From assembly GCF_009914755.1 (NCBI RefSeq), contig NC_060927.1: 64,000 bases of DNA. The stretch is one strand, 5' to 3'. Every line of letters starts with the position of its first letter. The first letter of the stretch is position 1. This DNA comes from the human T2T-CHM13v2.0 reference genome, Homo sapiens. The position numbers and the translations under genes were made by a program. A model generated the notes under the pieces. The model did no database searches. It had not been told where the DNA came from and saw only the letters and a program-made list of their open reading frames with translations. Shown here in pieces: positions 25,173 through 44,802 of the stretch.

Positions 25173-26235
25173 GCTGCCGCAAAGGGAGGTGAACAAGCCA
25201 AGGTTGCCCGGCCTGTACCTAGGGCCACACGGCTCCTGAGGCCTGGCATGAGTTGATACTGGAGGGGGCTTTCTCTTTGTGGGCTTTGTTCTGGTGCCTG
25301 AAGCCACTTCCCTATGGTCTCTTGATCCAGCCTAGCTGGCTGAGCCTGGAGCCCTGGCTTCCAGAGAAGAGATGTCAGGCTGTACCACAGGTCATGGGCC
25401 AGAAACAATTATGGCCTTGTCCAGTGCCAGTGGAAGCCAGGCCTGGGGAGGGCGCCTCCTCTCACAGGGCTGGCACTTCCCGAGGGTGGATGGCAGCAAG
25501 GTGGGGAAGACAGACTCTGAGGGGCCGGCCCTTCGGGAGCTCAAGCAGAGCCCACAGGGACCCCGTCTGGGGTTGCAAACTGGCATTGGGTGGAGGGAGA
25601 TTCAGTATTGACACCTGGAGGACCCTCACTCCCAAAGTGGATTTTAAGGACAGCAGCACACTGGGGAGACAAGGGGGCCCACAGCATTCCCACCTGGTCC
25701 CCAACCCGCTTCTGGCTTCCTAGTCCTGTTCTCTTGGGGGAAACAAGACTCTTATCTGACTTTCTCTGACTTCTGTCCCTGCTTGGGCAACTGAAAATGA
25801 CAAGTAGGAAATACTGGCTTGCTTTGAGCCCCCTTTGGTTTTGCTGGGAAGGTGGAAACTTTGGCAGACGGGGAAGGACAGATGGGAACCCCAGGAGGAA
25901 GGGCCATTGCTCTGATGGTGGAGCGCTTCCTCTTCTGTTCTTTTGTGTGTTCTAAAACGAGGTATGTGCCATGGGAGAGTTGATTTCTTTTCCAGTGTTG
26001 ACACTGAGATGTTCTCGGGCTGGAATCCCCTAGCCACCATGACCAGGGCTGTAGGGGGCGCAGGTGCCCAGGTTCTCTGTATGGTGTCAGCAGCACCTCC
26101 CGGCCAGCATTGACCCAGGAATTCCACATCAGCTGGTTTAGTGGGGGCCGCTCCCTGGGGCTGAGGGTGAGGAATTGTTTTACTAGTGTCTCCAGTGGAA
26201 ATGAAAAAATAGATAAGGTGTCGTATTGTCATATA
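25173..26235 (-). pseudogene. MARK/SMOK-like pseudogene, copy B (kinase subdomain XI, UBA, tail only)
   Basis: LETLVKQFLTLSPRERPPLNQLMWNSWVN, MVARGFQPENISVS, TYLVLEHTKEQKRKRSTIR; tail aligns by eye with 23465-24320. Confidence 0.85.
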
Positions 26236-26439
26236 GCTTGAGGCAGAAAGGAACCACGGGTGGGGCTGGATGTTCTTTCAGCCTCCCTAGCAGAGATCAC
26301 AGACAAGAGTGGTCAGCTTGGCCTAGCTTCTGCGATGGCTGGCTCTGATGTTGGGGAGGGAGGCAGTCCCCAGAGCAGGAATGCCTTCCCTGGGGTTCAT
26401 ATCCTTGCAGGGTAGGAGCTGGAAATCCTCCCATCAGAG

Positions 26440-27010
26440 CCTCCTTCACTGCAGCCCGTGGGGGCGAGTGACAGGGGGATCCGTGCCCCACGGGCAAACC
26501 TCCGGGCTCTGGCTTCAGCCCCACCCCGGGGAAACATGCACAGCCCCTCGGGAGGAGCCCTGCTGCAGGCTCAGCTGGGAGTCCTGGATTGCCTGGCAGG
26601 GCTGAGATGCCGTTTGGGTAGCCTCGGGTCTCCATGGAGACAGGGGCGGGGCCAGGCGGCAGGGGCGGGGTGCCCAACAGCCAACTGCCCGCCCTCAACC
26701 GCCAAAAACCCACACTCAACCGCCAAAGGCCAAGGCCAAGGGCCCTCTGGCGCTGCTGCCCCCACACGGACTGGCGCCCTCTGCAGGTCCCGCGGCTCCC
26801 GGCCCGCTCAGCGCCTCCGGAGGTCTCACCCAAGCCCTATCAGCTGGGTCCCTACGGGCCTCAAAGCGCTGGCCCAGCCGCGGGGTCACTCCTCTGAGCC
26901 TCCCGACCTTCCATGGGTCCTTTGGAGCCCTGGGTTTTGGAGCTTGTCCTTCCTCAGTGCCGCCCGCCGGGACGTGGCTGCACCAGGGCCACAGCACCTC
27001 GGGGGCCTTC
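26440..27010. promoter_or_regulatory. CpG-rich promoter-like element with X-box palindrome, two GC boxes and three MYB-type sites
   Basis: gtctccatggagac 26628-26641; ggggcgggg at 26643 and 26662; caactgcc 26682, caaccgcc 26696 and 26717. Confidence 0.55.
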
Positions 27011-28734
27011 ATTTCATTTATGCCCACAAATAATCATTCAGTGTGCTGGGACAGAGAAGACAGACACGCTGGCCCCCTGGTGGGCGAGAGAGACTGGTCT
27101 ATCAGTACAGAAAACTCCCAGTAGGGACAGGGGCTAGGAAGGAAACACCAGGAAAAGTGATGATGGAAGATGGGGGTGACCCTACTGCAGATGGGGTGCT
27201 AAGGGAGGGCTTCTCTGAGGAGATGACATTCACTTGATTGGCAAAAGGGACAGGCAGGGCCTGTGAAAGTCTTCTAAGAGGGGGAACCGCAGTGCCCAGT
27301 GGGCTGTCCCAGGATGGAACTAGGGCAGCGGGTGGGGGTGGGGATGTGAGCCAGGCAGGCAGGGCCCAGACACCGTGTGATGGGTGCGGGGGTGGGACCC
27401 ACGGAGGCTCTGAGGAAGCTTTGGGCCTCAGAAGATGGAGAAACAGGAAGACCCACTTGGAGGCCTGCACCCAGGCAGGGGGCGAGAGCTGAATGCATCG
27501 CACCGCCCTCCTGGGGCTACCCGTGGGCCTCGCTTTCTTTCCCCATGCTCTGCACTCTGCCACGCACCCCTTCCTCGGCCAGGCGGACAGAGGAAATGCA
27601 GATGCTGGAGGCAGGAGCACTGGACTGGGAATTAGACTTGGAGTAAAATCTAAATGCCCTATGGGCCTGGCTCTTCTCTGGAGTTCGGCTTCATGTTAAC
27701 TGTGATTGGGGGACAAGGGACAGTAAGACCGGCTCTCAGACCCTTGTCACTCCACACTGCAATGCTTCTCAGTGGTCTCAGGGGCTTCTATTTTAGGAAT
27801 AGTTACCTGGCTATAGAAGAATAATGGAAGGAAACATGTTTTGAGTGGCACTTATATCAGGCTCTAGACTAGGTATTGGTTTTGATGGGGAGTTGCTTTT
27901 TTTTTTTTCTCCCTTTCACAAAACCTGAGTCCTGACTAGGGCCAGGAGTTAGATTCCAGTTTCTAGATTTTCATCATTCCATGTTGCACAAGGCAGACAT
28001 CTAGGGGACAGAGGGGCAGATTATTAGCATGTAAAGGAAAGATGATTTAGCTAGAGAAGATGTAGGAGAAAAGGAATCAGGATGAGGGGATTAGGAATGG
28101 GAGAGGAGGAGCTGGGGGACAGGGAGTTGGGGGCGGGGCTGGGACAAACAAAAAGGAGGTGTGGAGGGTGCCAGGGAAATAAAGTCCAAGAGGATAGCAG
28201 GGACCAGAGTCACAGCCTTAGTGGGGCCTCAGGAGAGCAGCAAGCTATGTCTACCTTGGAAAGGTGGAGAGAGGATGGCAGTGAGCTGGGCAGGGAGGAA
28301 GGGGAAGGGGGCAGGGCAGAGGAAGCAGGGGACAGACCGGAGGAAGAGATGGTGCCCTGGACCAGGTGGGGCAGAGGGGCCCTCTGGTCTCCAGGAGGTG
28401 TCATGCTGTCCTTCAGCTCATCCGTAGCTTTGGATAGGAGGCCTTTGAAGGCCGCAGGGTTGCCAGATGCCGTCTTGACTAGAATCATGTTCACTGACCC
28501 CGGCAGCAACTTGGACACCTCCATCCTCTGCTGAATGCCACTGGGCTGGGTGTGCTGGGCACATGGAAGCATTGGCCTCTTGCCTGCCTCCCACCCACAG
28601 CTGTTGCAGTCTACACATGGCCAACATGTCACAGGTTTTTAATATTTTTGAACCTCAGGGCCTTAATGCAGTAAAATGCAGGAAGTGCGGCTTGACTGCC
28701 CCACCTACTCGATTTTTGTCTTCAGCCATCCAAC

Positions 28735-30168
28735 TATGTCGGGGCAATCATTTTGCTTGTTTTCTTCGGTGGACACACACATAATACTTTTAAAAGCATT
28801 GAAAGGCATCTCCTGGCGGCCCTGCGGCAGCCCCAGCTTCTTGACAGCGAGGCGACATCACAGCTTTGGGCTGCCCAGCTTGGAGGACGCTGGCTTCCTG
28901 TGATGATTGTCACTGAGCCAGGGACCCACTGCTGCTGGTGCTCTGGCTGGAGGGAGAGGCCATGGAGTCATGCTGGGGGGCTTCACTGGAAATGGCTGGC
29001 TTCCTCTGCAGGCCGGCAGGTGCACTGGCAGGAATGGTGGTCTTCTGTCCTGACTTCTGGCCCTCCTCGGGCAGCTGAATTTTAAAAGTCTCAAAAGCTG
29101 GCTCGCTCTGAGCCCTCTTCAGTTTCTCCCAGAAGGTGGAAACTTTGGGGGCTGGGGAAGAAAAGGTGGGAACCCCAGAGGAAGGGAGGGTGCTCTGATG
29201 GTGGAGCGCTTCCTCTTCTGTTTTTTTGTGCACTCTAAAATGAGGCAGGTGGCCATGTGATAGTTGAATGTTTTTTCTTTGACATGGAGATGCTCTTGGC
29301 CTGGAATCCCATGGCCACCATGAGCTGCGTTGTTGGGGTTCGGGTAGTTCAGGAGTCATTCTTGGTATGAAGTCAGTAGCATCTTCTGGCCACTGTCCAC
29401 CCACGGGTCCCTCATTGGTTGTTCCAGTGGGGGTCACACCCTGGGGTCTAGTGTTAGTAACTTTTTAATAAATCTATTTGAAATGAAAAGAAAAATGGAG
29501 GCAATGTGTACTTTCCTGTTTATTTTGTTCTTGATGTGCATAGAGTAGAAGGGCAGAGCCCCGGCTACCATGTGGTGTAGCATTACTCTAAGCATACCTC
29601 CACGGCGGGCACTGACACCCCTGGCCCAGGAAGAGTTCTGGGGCCACGTAGGGGGTACGTGCCACAAAAGGCTGGCACGCTTCGTAAGTGTGGTGCTGAA
29701 GCCAAAGTCCAGGTATTTGATGTTGCCATCCTCATCCAGTAGGATGTTTTGTGGCTTTAGGTCTCCATGTGAGATGTTCTTTAAGTGGCAGTCCTGCAGT
29801 GTTGACGGAATCTGCCTGAACCGGGTGTGGGCCTCCTCCTCCTCCTCGATGTGGCTGTGGTGGCATATCTGGTGGTGCAGCTGTCCTCGTCCGACGCACT
29901 CCATCTCCAAATAGTCGGTGTCTATGGTGTCAGTCACCTGATGGAGCTGAATGTTCAGACGCTTGAGGGTCTCCGTGATACTGACCTCTCTGGAGAGTGA
30001 TGCGGGGGAGCCAGCCTTCTTCGGGATGATTTCCATGGCTACCTGGGTCCCTGTCAGCATATGCTGGACCAGTGTGCCCTCACCGAACGTGCCCTGGCCG
30101 ATGGTCTTGAGGATCCTACACTTTTGGATCTCTTCATCAAGTGCGTTGGAGGCTGATCCCTCCTCCGT
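28735..30168 (-). pseudogene. MARK/SMOK-like pseudogene, copy C (most complete; start ACG)
   Basis: Frame open from ACG 30168: ILKTIGQGTFGEG..LTGTQVAMEII..SHGDLKPQNILLDEDGNIKYLDFGF, then frameshift; UBA and tail ending WGCRRAARRCLSMLLKVLCVCP. Confidence 0.92.
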
Positions 30169-31439
30169 GGTGCCTCCTAACTACCCTGACTACAAATCCT
30201 ACCTCTGAACTATGCTAACTGAGGCACAACGCCAACTCCAATAACTAGGCTAGACTCACACAGGCTGCCTGGGGAGGGTGGAGACCGAGAGCCCTCTCCA
30301 GAGCCTGGTCTCCTTTGCCATGTTCCCTCTATCATTTTCCCTTGCACAGGAGAGGGGAGGGGTGTGCCCAGAAACTAAGAGCCACTCCCCTCCTTATCCT
30401 TTCATGACTCTTCTGGGGTCACACCCTCACCCTTGCCCACCCTGGAGCCCCCGTTTTGCTTTGAGGGGACCCGGGCCAGTGACTGTCGAATCACACCTGA
30501 GGCCCTGGGTGCATCAGTGGCCATGTGGGGGCAGCTAGGAGGTGTCCCCAGAGAGGCCCTGTGGTCATCCCCTGCTCTGCGGCTGTGTGCAGACCCCGGA
30601 GGCACAATCAGACTTCAGGGGCACAGCCAGAGGACACTTCCCCTCCACCGTCCCCTTTAGACTCTGCAGAATCCCTGGAGGATATCCAAGTGCACACAGT
30701 TTGTGCTCCCCAGCTACCCCGTGAGGGCACGCCCTGGATTAGCGTGAACAAATGGAAGCTGCTCCCGTGGGCAGGTCGAGTGCCTCTGGCACTCCGTTGG
30801 CTGCTGCCCACAAAGCTCCCGGCCATGGCCTCCCGGGGGGCTGCACTATCACTCTGGCTGCCTCCAAATGGAGAGAGGACTGCAGTGACCTGGGCGGGGT
30901 TAGGGGAGAAGGAGGTGGCAGGGCAGAGGAAGCAGGAGCACACAGGAGGAAGAGACAGTGCCCTGGGCCATATCTTCTCTCCTACCCTAACATGAGCCAA
31001 ATTAGAACCATCTGGATGAAGAAAAGACAGAGAAGAGCAGGGCAGGGGAGAAGTGCCCCAGGAAACACTGTCCAGGCTTTTACATTCCACTAGGTGGGAT
31101 GGAGGCGCCCTCTGATGTCCAGGAGGCTCCAGGCGGTCCATCTCACCCCTTCCTTTGGATAAGAATGCTTTCAAGGCCACACGGCTACCAGAAGCTTACT
31201 TGATTTGAATCCCATGCAGAGACCCCTCTGCCACTTTACACACTTCTGTCCTCCACTGGACAAGGCCTCCAGGCTGGGGGTGTCAGACACACAGCAGCGA
31301 GGGTGTCTTGCCCAGTTCTCCCATGCGGCCGTTGGAGCCCACACGTGGCTGACCTGTCATGTTTGTAGTGTTCTTGGACCTCAGGGCCTTCGTCCTCTCC
31401 ATTCTAAGTACAGAAAGACATTTGACTGACATGGACTCC

Positions 31440-32147
<708 letters not shown>

Positions 32148-32289
32148 CTAAAAACAAAAAAAGAAACCAACAAAAGCATAATAAATAAAATAAAGTGCAG
32201 AAAAGGCAGCTTGCCCCCCACCCTCCGCTTGGTTTGTGTCTGGGCCGCAGCTGTCCCCTGGGTTTACTGGAGCCACCGTATTTCTCCAT

Positions 32290-34066
32290 GCACAGTGGGT
32301 CTTTGGGGCCAGGAGGAAGCAAAATGTTTTTGAAGACAAATCTAGTGGCTCCCTGGCAGCCCTGGCTCTCTTCACAGGGAGAGGCTGAGGTCACACCATC
32401 TGATGCCCAGTGGAGAGGGTGCTGGCTTCCCGGGCTGTTCCCTGGGGACAGGTGACTCCTCCTGGGTCTCCCACATGGACAGAACTGACGTCCTGGGATG
32501 TTCCCTGGGGGCAGTTGACTCCTGGGCCGCTCCCACTGCTGCTGGTGCTCTGGATGGAGGGGGAGGCCACAGGGCCACACTCAGAGATGTGCTGGTATTG
32601 GGTCACATCACCTCCAGGCCCAGAAGGGGACAAGCAGGCAAGGTGGCTTCTCTGGGCATCTTCTGCCCTGGCCCTGGTCCTCCTTGGGTTGCTGGATTTC
32701 TGAAGTAAGGGTGGGAAAGGCCACAGTCAAGACCTTTTTCACCAAACATTCCAGCCCTTGACTCCCCTTTGGTTGGACAGAAAAGTTGGACTTAACTTTG
32801 GGGGATGGGGAAGGTCAGTGGGATCCCCAGGATTAGGTAGGTGGCCATGGAATAATTATATATATATTTTTTCCTACTGGGGATTCCTTGATGTGCCTAG
32901 AATGTCACGGCTACCAAGAGTCAGGTTGTTAGGGGGCCCAGGTGACTGGGGAGCAGCTCTATGTGTGGCCCAAGGGTTCCCTGGCCAGCATTGACCCAGG
33001 GGTCCCGCATCAGCTGGTCCTCTGTGGGTCATTCTCTGGGGTCAAGGATCAGAAATTTCTTGATAAATATTTCAATTCGGAAGGAATATAGACAGTACAT
33101 ATTTTCCTTGAAGTATGTTTTTTTGAGGCTGAGAAGTTCTGCCTGCCAAATGGCAGGGCCCTGGCCCCATGTGGTAGACGGGAGAGCCAAGACCCACACG
33201 ACCACTGCAGGGCTGTGATACTCGTGGCCCAGGAAGAGTTCTGGGGCAGCTTAAGGGGAGTCCCACCAAAGGCGCTCAGCTTCTGGCCTTGGGAATATGT
33301 GGTGCTGAAGCCAAAGTCAGCTCTTTTCATGTTGTGCTCTTCATGCAGGAGTCCTGCCACCCAGGTCCTGGCGGCTGACTTTGGTGGCAGTACTACAGGG
33401 CAGATAGTATTTGCAGAAACATGGCTTGAGCCTCCTCCTTCTCCATGTGGCCAGGCTGGAGTGTTTGGTGGAAAAGGTCTTCACTATGAGTATCACCATA
33501 GCTCAGTATGGGATGTCTGAGGTTTCAATGACATGATATGGCTTTATTATGATGGGACACTCAGGGCCTTCATGACGTCTACCTTTCTGTGTAGACTCAG
33601 AAGGCTGGGGGAGCCCCTAGTTATAGATTTTATTTTTACAGCCACCTGAGTCCCAGTGAGTTCGTGCTGGGTCAACTTCACCTCACCCAGGCTTCCCTGG
33701 GCCAATGGTCTTGAGGACTGTGGCATTTTTTTTTTTTTTTTTTTGAGACGGAGTCTTGCTGTCGCCCAGGCTGGAGTGCAGTGGCTCGATCTCGGCTCAC
33801 TGTAGGCTCTGCCCCCGGGGGTTCACGCCATTCTCCTGCCTCAGCCTCCCGCGCAGCTGGGACTACAGGCGCCTGCCACCTCGTCCAGCTAATTTTTTGT
33901 ATTTTTAGTAGAGACGGGGTTTCACCATGTTAGCCAGGATGGTCTCGATCTCCTGACCTCGTGATCCGCCCGCCTCGGCCTCCCAAAGTGCTGGGATTAC
34001 AGGCATGAGCCACCGCGCCCGGCCAAACTGTGGCATTTTTAAGGGCCTCCTCAATGGTGGAAGCCA
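32290..34066 (-). pseudogene. MARK/SMOK-like pseudogene, copy D (interrupted by Alu)
   Basis: EEALKNATV|LKTIG across the Alu, LTGTQVAVKIK, RADFGFSTTYSQGQKLSAFGGTP; multiple frameshifts. Confidence 0.88.
33726..34024 (-). mobile_element. AluYe-type element
   Basis: Diagnostic features ggctctgcccccggggg, cctcccgcg, ccacctcg and 2-nt deletion gtcttgctgtcg; TSD actgtggcattttt 33717-33730 / 34027-34040. Confidence 0.85.
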
Positions 34067-34260
34067 GACCTGGAGAAGGTGCCTTCTCACAGGGCCGGCA
34101 CTTCCAGAGGGGAGTGGCACCGGGGCGGGGGCACAGACTCTGAGGGGCCCTTGGGGAGCTCAAGCAAGGCCCACAAGATCCCCCTCTCAGGTTGCAAATT
34201 GGCATTAAGTTGGGGAGATTCAGTATTCATACCTGGGAGACACTTGCCTTCAAAGTGAAA
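34057..34260 (-). pseudogene. MARK/SMOK-like pseudogene, copy E (tail fragment only)
   Basis: Aligns by eye to 25430-25640 (tcacagggccggcacttcc, acagactctgaggggcc, gagattcagtatt). Confidence 0.8.
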
Positions 34261-35243
34261 GGAAATCCTGGGGAGGTTTTGGTGCTCCGGAAGGCAGGCA
34301 GACAGTGGGGCTGCAGCCAGGCCCTCTCCTCTGCATGAGGCTTTATGGGGCCTCAGCGTCTCCCACAATGATGGGGTCCCCCTGAGCTCCTCTTTTCAGT
34401 GTTCCCACATGAGCCTGAGTGTGGGGGACTTTCTGAGCCATTGCCCTCTGACTTCCCCTCTGTGGGCTGGGGAGGAGCTGTGAGGAGCTTCAAGGTGTGG
34501 GGTCGGGGCCCTTGGGCAGCCATCTTGGGGCACCCGAGCCCCAGCCCTCGGGAGCCCAGGTGCAGGCTCTGCCTCCACCTCTGAACGGCTGAATGGCGTG
34601 TTCAGCTGCTGTGGGTGGCAAGCAGGGAGGGCCGTGACAAGGTCTCCATTCCAGGCTGATGTTCCAGATCTGCAGGGGTGAGTATCAGGGAGGCCCGGGG
34701 TAATCACCCTGCCCAGTGGTGGCCTCTGCCATGGGCACACAGACTCCAGGCCAGGGAAGAGACACAGCAGCAACCTTGGAGGAGGGGCCTCTGCCCACCT
34801 GTGTGACAGCCACCAGGGGCTCCTGGCTTCACAGCCTTGCTGGGGAGAGATGGGAAACTGAGGCCTGGGGACCCTCAGCTGCCTGAGGTGCAGCTAGACT
34901 CAGATCCACCTGAGGCTGCCCAGTCCACCTCTTCCTTACTTCCTCCTTCCAAGAATATGGGCACAGTGGTGAGAACTTGGAGATAAGAGATCGGGACCAG
35001 TCCCAGCTGGAACCACTGCCCCACTGCTCAGCCTCTGGCAGCCACTCCTCTCTGGCCTGAGTGTCCTCTTAGTTCAATGGGCATCTCTAGGTCCCTGTGG
35101 TACCTTCCTTGTCACAGGCACATGAGGGGTCAACAGGATCATCACCCAGCACTGTTCACAGACACAGACTGAGGCTGGATCCTCGGAATCAGAGCTGGAG
35201 GGGGCCCTTTTGTGCAGATGGGGAAACTGAGCCTTGGACTGAC

Positions 35244-40926
<5,683 letters not shown>

Positions 40927-42369
40927 GGACAGTGCAGCCAAGAGAGGCAGAGCCAGCCTGTGACTGTGCTGACCAAGAGCCAGGCTGGGGAGCCTTCTCT
41001 CCTGCTCTGGGCTTCTTTGCACACCCTTTGTTTGTTCAGCCTGTCTGTCCGCCATGGAACATCCACAAGACAGGACAAAATGCAGCCATAAATACAACGC
41101 AGGGGGGCCGGGCAGGAGGGAGGGGCGCTGGCTGTAAAAGGGTAGCACAACACTAGGCACTTGTGGTGGTGGCCATGTTCAGTGTCGTGACTGTGGGGGG
41201 CGGTTACACATGCCAACATGGGTGGCAAAATCGTCCTGGAGCTTTGCACACTGTTACCATTGCGGGAAACTGGGCAAAGGGTATAAGGGATCTCTGTATT
41301 ATTTCCTGCAACTTATGTGAGTCTACAATTACCTTAACATTTTGCCATGCTGGATAAGAACATTTACTGACACAGAACCATGCTTCAGGAGATTGCTGAG
41401 TGAAAAGGCCAGATGACGAGTTTACAGCCAGCACTTCATAGACAGTGATGGGGCTGTCATAACCAAATGTGAGGTGAAATGAGAAGATGGCCATAGAGGA
41501 AGGGATGAGAAGTCTTGTTTACAGTCCAGGCTTGGGGAATACAGTAAATCTGAGGTTCCATCTATAGGTAGCAATACTTACACACATAAAAGTCATGAAA
41601 CAGTATTTGCAGTGTGATTCCACTTTTGTTTAAAAATGTTATAAAATCACATGCTTCTAATTGTATATTATGCATACATTATATAGACACATAGAAAAGC
41701 TCTAAGCAGATGTATTTCAACATGTTTAAGAGTGATTCTGTCCTGAGGATGGGATACTAAGGGCTAAAGTTTCTCGCTGGTGCGTGTCTCTGTTTTACGG
41801 CAATCCTATGGTAAGCACCATCTGCGTGGGGTGCAGGAGGTGAAGGGGAGACCAGCTTGCACTCAGGAGGTCAATCTCAGCCTCCTGTCTGTGGTTCTGC
41901 CCTCCCGCATTCTGTGGCTCCACACTTCAGTGCCCCATTTCTGCTGTGGCCACCTCCTAGTTCAGGGGGCTTGTGCAGAGTCCCATGCTCCCTTATTGGC
42001 TCACAGACCTCAGGCCTCACCCCCCCCACCCACTCATTCTCTCTCTCTTCCCCCTCTCTCACACACACATCACCACCATCACACATGTGCTCACACACAC
42101 ACACCCTGCTGGACTCCCGGCTTTGCTGCTCTCTCCACTTGGCCCACACTGGGCTCTCTGTAAAATACACTCTGCTGACAACACTGTATACCCCTCTGAA
42201 TCCTTACCAGAAGGGGGACCAGGAAGAAATTGAGGCACAGGGAGGTTGAGCTCCTTGCCCCCAGTCACACAGGTTGCAAGGAGTGGAGATAGGGCTGCAG
42301 GTTCCAAGCCCAGACTGCCTCCCACGACATCACAGCTGCCATTCTTCTCTCCTTGCTACTCTCTCCTCA

Positions 42370-42723
<354 letters not shown>

Positions 42724-42899
42724 TTAATGACTGAATCCCACTAAATTGCTTACAGTGGGATGGAGGGAAAAGGAGGAAAGGGGACCAAAAAGAAATGAAC
42801 AGAGGCAAGAGAAATGAACAGAGGCAAGCCCCTCCATGCACCTGCGTGTTGTTGGAATTTTTGAGTAAGCAGGCGTTACTTTTGAAAAATATTCCCCTG

Positions 42900-43463
42900 A
42901 CAATTCCTCAAGGATCTAGAATTAGAAGTTCCATTTGACCCAGCCATCTCATTACTGGGTATATATCCAAAGGATTATAAATCATGCTGCTATAAAGACA
43001 CACGCACATGCATGTTTACTGCAGCACTGTTCACAATGGCAGAGACTTGGAACCAACCCAAATGTCCATCAAGATAGACTGGATTAAGAATATGTGGCAC
43101 ATATACATCATGGAATGCTATGCAGCCATAAGAAAGGATGAGTTCATGTCCTTTGTAGGGACATGGATGAAGCTGGAAATCATCATTTTGAGCAAACTAT
43201 CGCTAGGACAAAAAAACCAAACACTGCATGTTCTCACTATAGGTGGGAATTGAACAATGAGAACACTTGGACACAGATGGGGAACATCATACACCGGGGC
43301 CTGTCATGGAGTCGGGGGGGAGGGATAGCATTAGGAGATATACCTAATGTAAATGACAAGTTAATGGGTGCAGCACACCAACATGGCAGATGTATACATA
43401 TGTAACAAACCTGCACGTTGTGCACATGTACCTTAGAACTTAAAGTATAATATAAAAAAAAAA
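42900..43463 (+). mobile_element. 5'-truncated L1PA
   Basis: L1PA 3' end with poly-A; TSD gaaaaatattc(c/t)cctg 42884-42899 / 43464-43479. Confidence 0.95.
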
Positions 43464-43513
43464 GAAAAATATTCTCCTGCAATATGAGTCCCTATATAGA
43501 AAGTGGAGAATCA

Positions 43514-43815
43514 GACCAGGTGCAGTGGCTCACACCTGTAATCCTAGCACTTTGGGAAGCCAAGGCGGGTGGATCACCTGAGGTCAGGAGTTCGAGACCA
43601 GCCTGGCCAACATGGTGAAACCCTGTCTCTACTAAAAATACAAAAATTAGCCGGGCGTGGTGGCATGTGCCTGTAATCCCAGCTACTCGGGAGGCTGAGG
43701 CAGGAGAATGGCTTGAACCCGGGAGGCAGAGGCTGCAGTGAGCCAAGATCATGGTGGCATTGCCTGGGCAACAAGAGCGAAACTGTCTCAAAAAAAAGAA
43801 AAGAAAAAAAAAGAA
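43514..43815 (+). mobile_element. AluS (Sq/Sp-like)
   Basis: gggcaacaagagcgaaact; TSD gtggagaatca. Confidence 0.9.
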
Positions 43816-44509
43816 GGTGGAGAATCAGCAAAGTGGGATTCCACTTCTATTACAGAAGGAATATACATCTCTGTAAACAGAAGATTTACAAGAATATGTT
43901 CCAAAGGATTAACAGCGTTAATGGGTGGGCGAAATTGTGTAATGAGAAAATCTTTTTTGTTTGCCTGAATTTGTTCTGTCATGAACATCTATCTATTGTT
44001 TGATAATAAGAGAAAGAACGGTAAGTTATTTGTAAGATTTGAAAAGAATATCTTGTTCTTTGCATTTACAGTCCACACATTGTGAAAATAGTCACCCTGG
44101 GAGGCACCCACTGCACCTCAGTTCCCTGCTCAGCCCTGGAGCCTCAGGGACCAGTAGATGCTCACAGCTTTCTGCCTAGAATGTTTTACAATGTCTGAAT
44201 CTTTTATAAATGAGCGCAGATTGCTTCTATAATGAGAAAAAAATATATAGCTGTTTTATGTGTAGGGGGAGGGGCAGTGGAGAAGAGGAAAAGCCAGCAG
44301 GCAATGTCACAGCTGGGAATGCTGATGTCTCCTGGCAGGGCTGAGAATCACCTCCCCTAGCCTGCTATAGAGCCAGCAGTGGGGACGGGGGCACGCAGAC
44401 ACCCTTCCACATTTGTATGATTCTAGGCTCAGACACAGATTCACATTTGGGGCCAGCTACGCCCCCTATAGGTGGGAGGTGAGGCTGGGAAGAAGGGAGG
44501 TAACATTTC

Positions 44510-44700
44510 AGGCCCCATTTTGTGCCCAGCACTGAGCTAGGCACTGTGGTATCTTGTTCATTCCTGTAGCAATTCTGTGAGGGGCAATTACTAATTTCAT
44601 TTTAGAGAAAAGAAATCAAGGCTCAGAGAGGCTCACTAACTTGCTTAAGATCACACAGGAAGGGATGCAGGCAGGACCCAAGCCTAGGTCAGCCTGAAGG
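44510..44700. mobile_element. MIR
   Basis: Core aaggctcagagagg..aacttgcttaagatcacacag. Confidence 0.7.
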
Positions 44701-44802
44701 GTGTGCCCTCTCTTTCCCCCGAACCATTCTACTCTCTCAGGGACATGAGTGAGTTGAGACTGACAGGGAGTCACCTCTGGGCTAGAGGTGGCCAGGTAAC
44801 TC

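Noticed and set aside
26297-27620. Overlapping 170-190 aa ORFs in the GC-rich patch
   Set aside because: Expected from high GC content, on both strands, with no recognisable domain
29434-30060. Functional kinase CDS
   Set aside because: Lacks the catalytic Lys and HRD Arg, frameshifts after DFG, and has no ATG at the ancestral start
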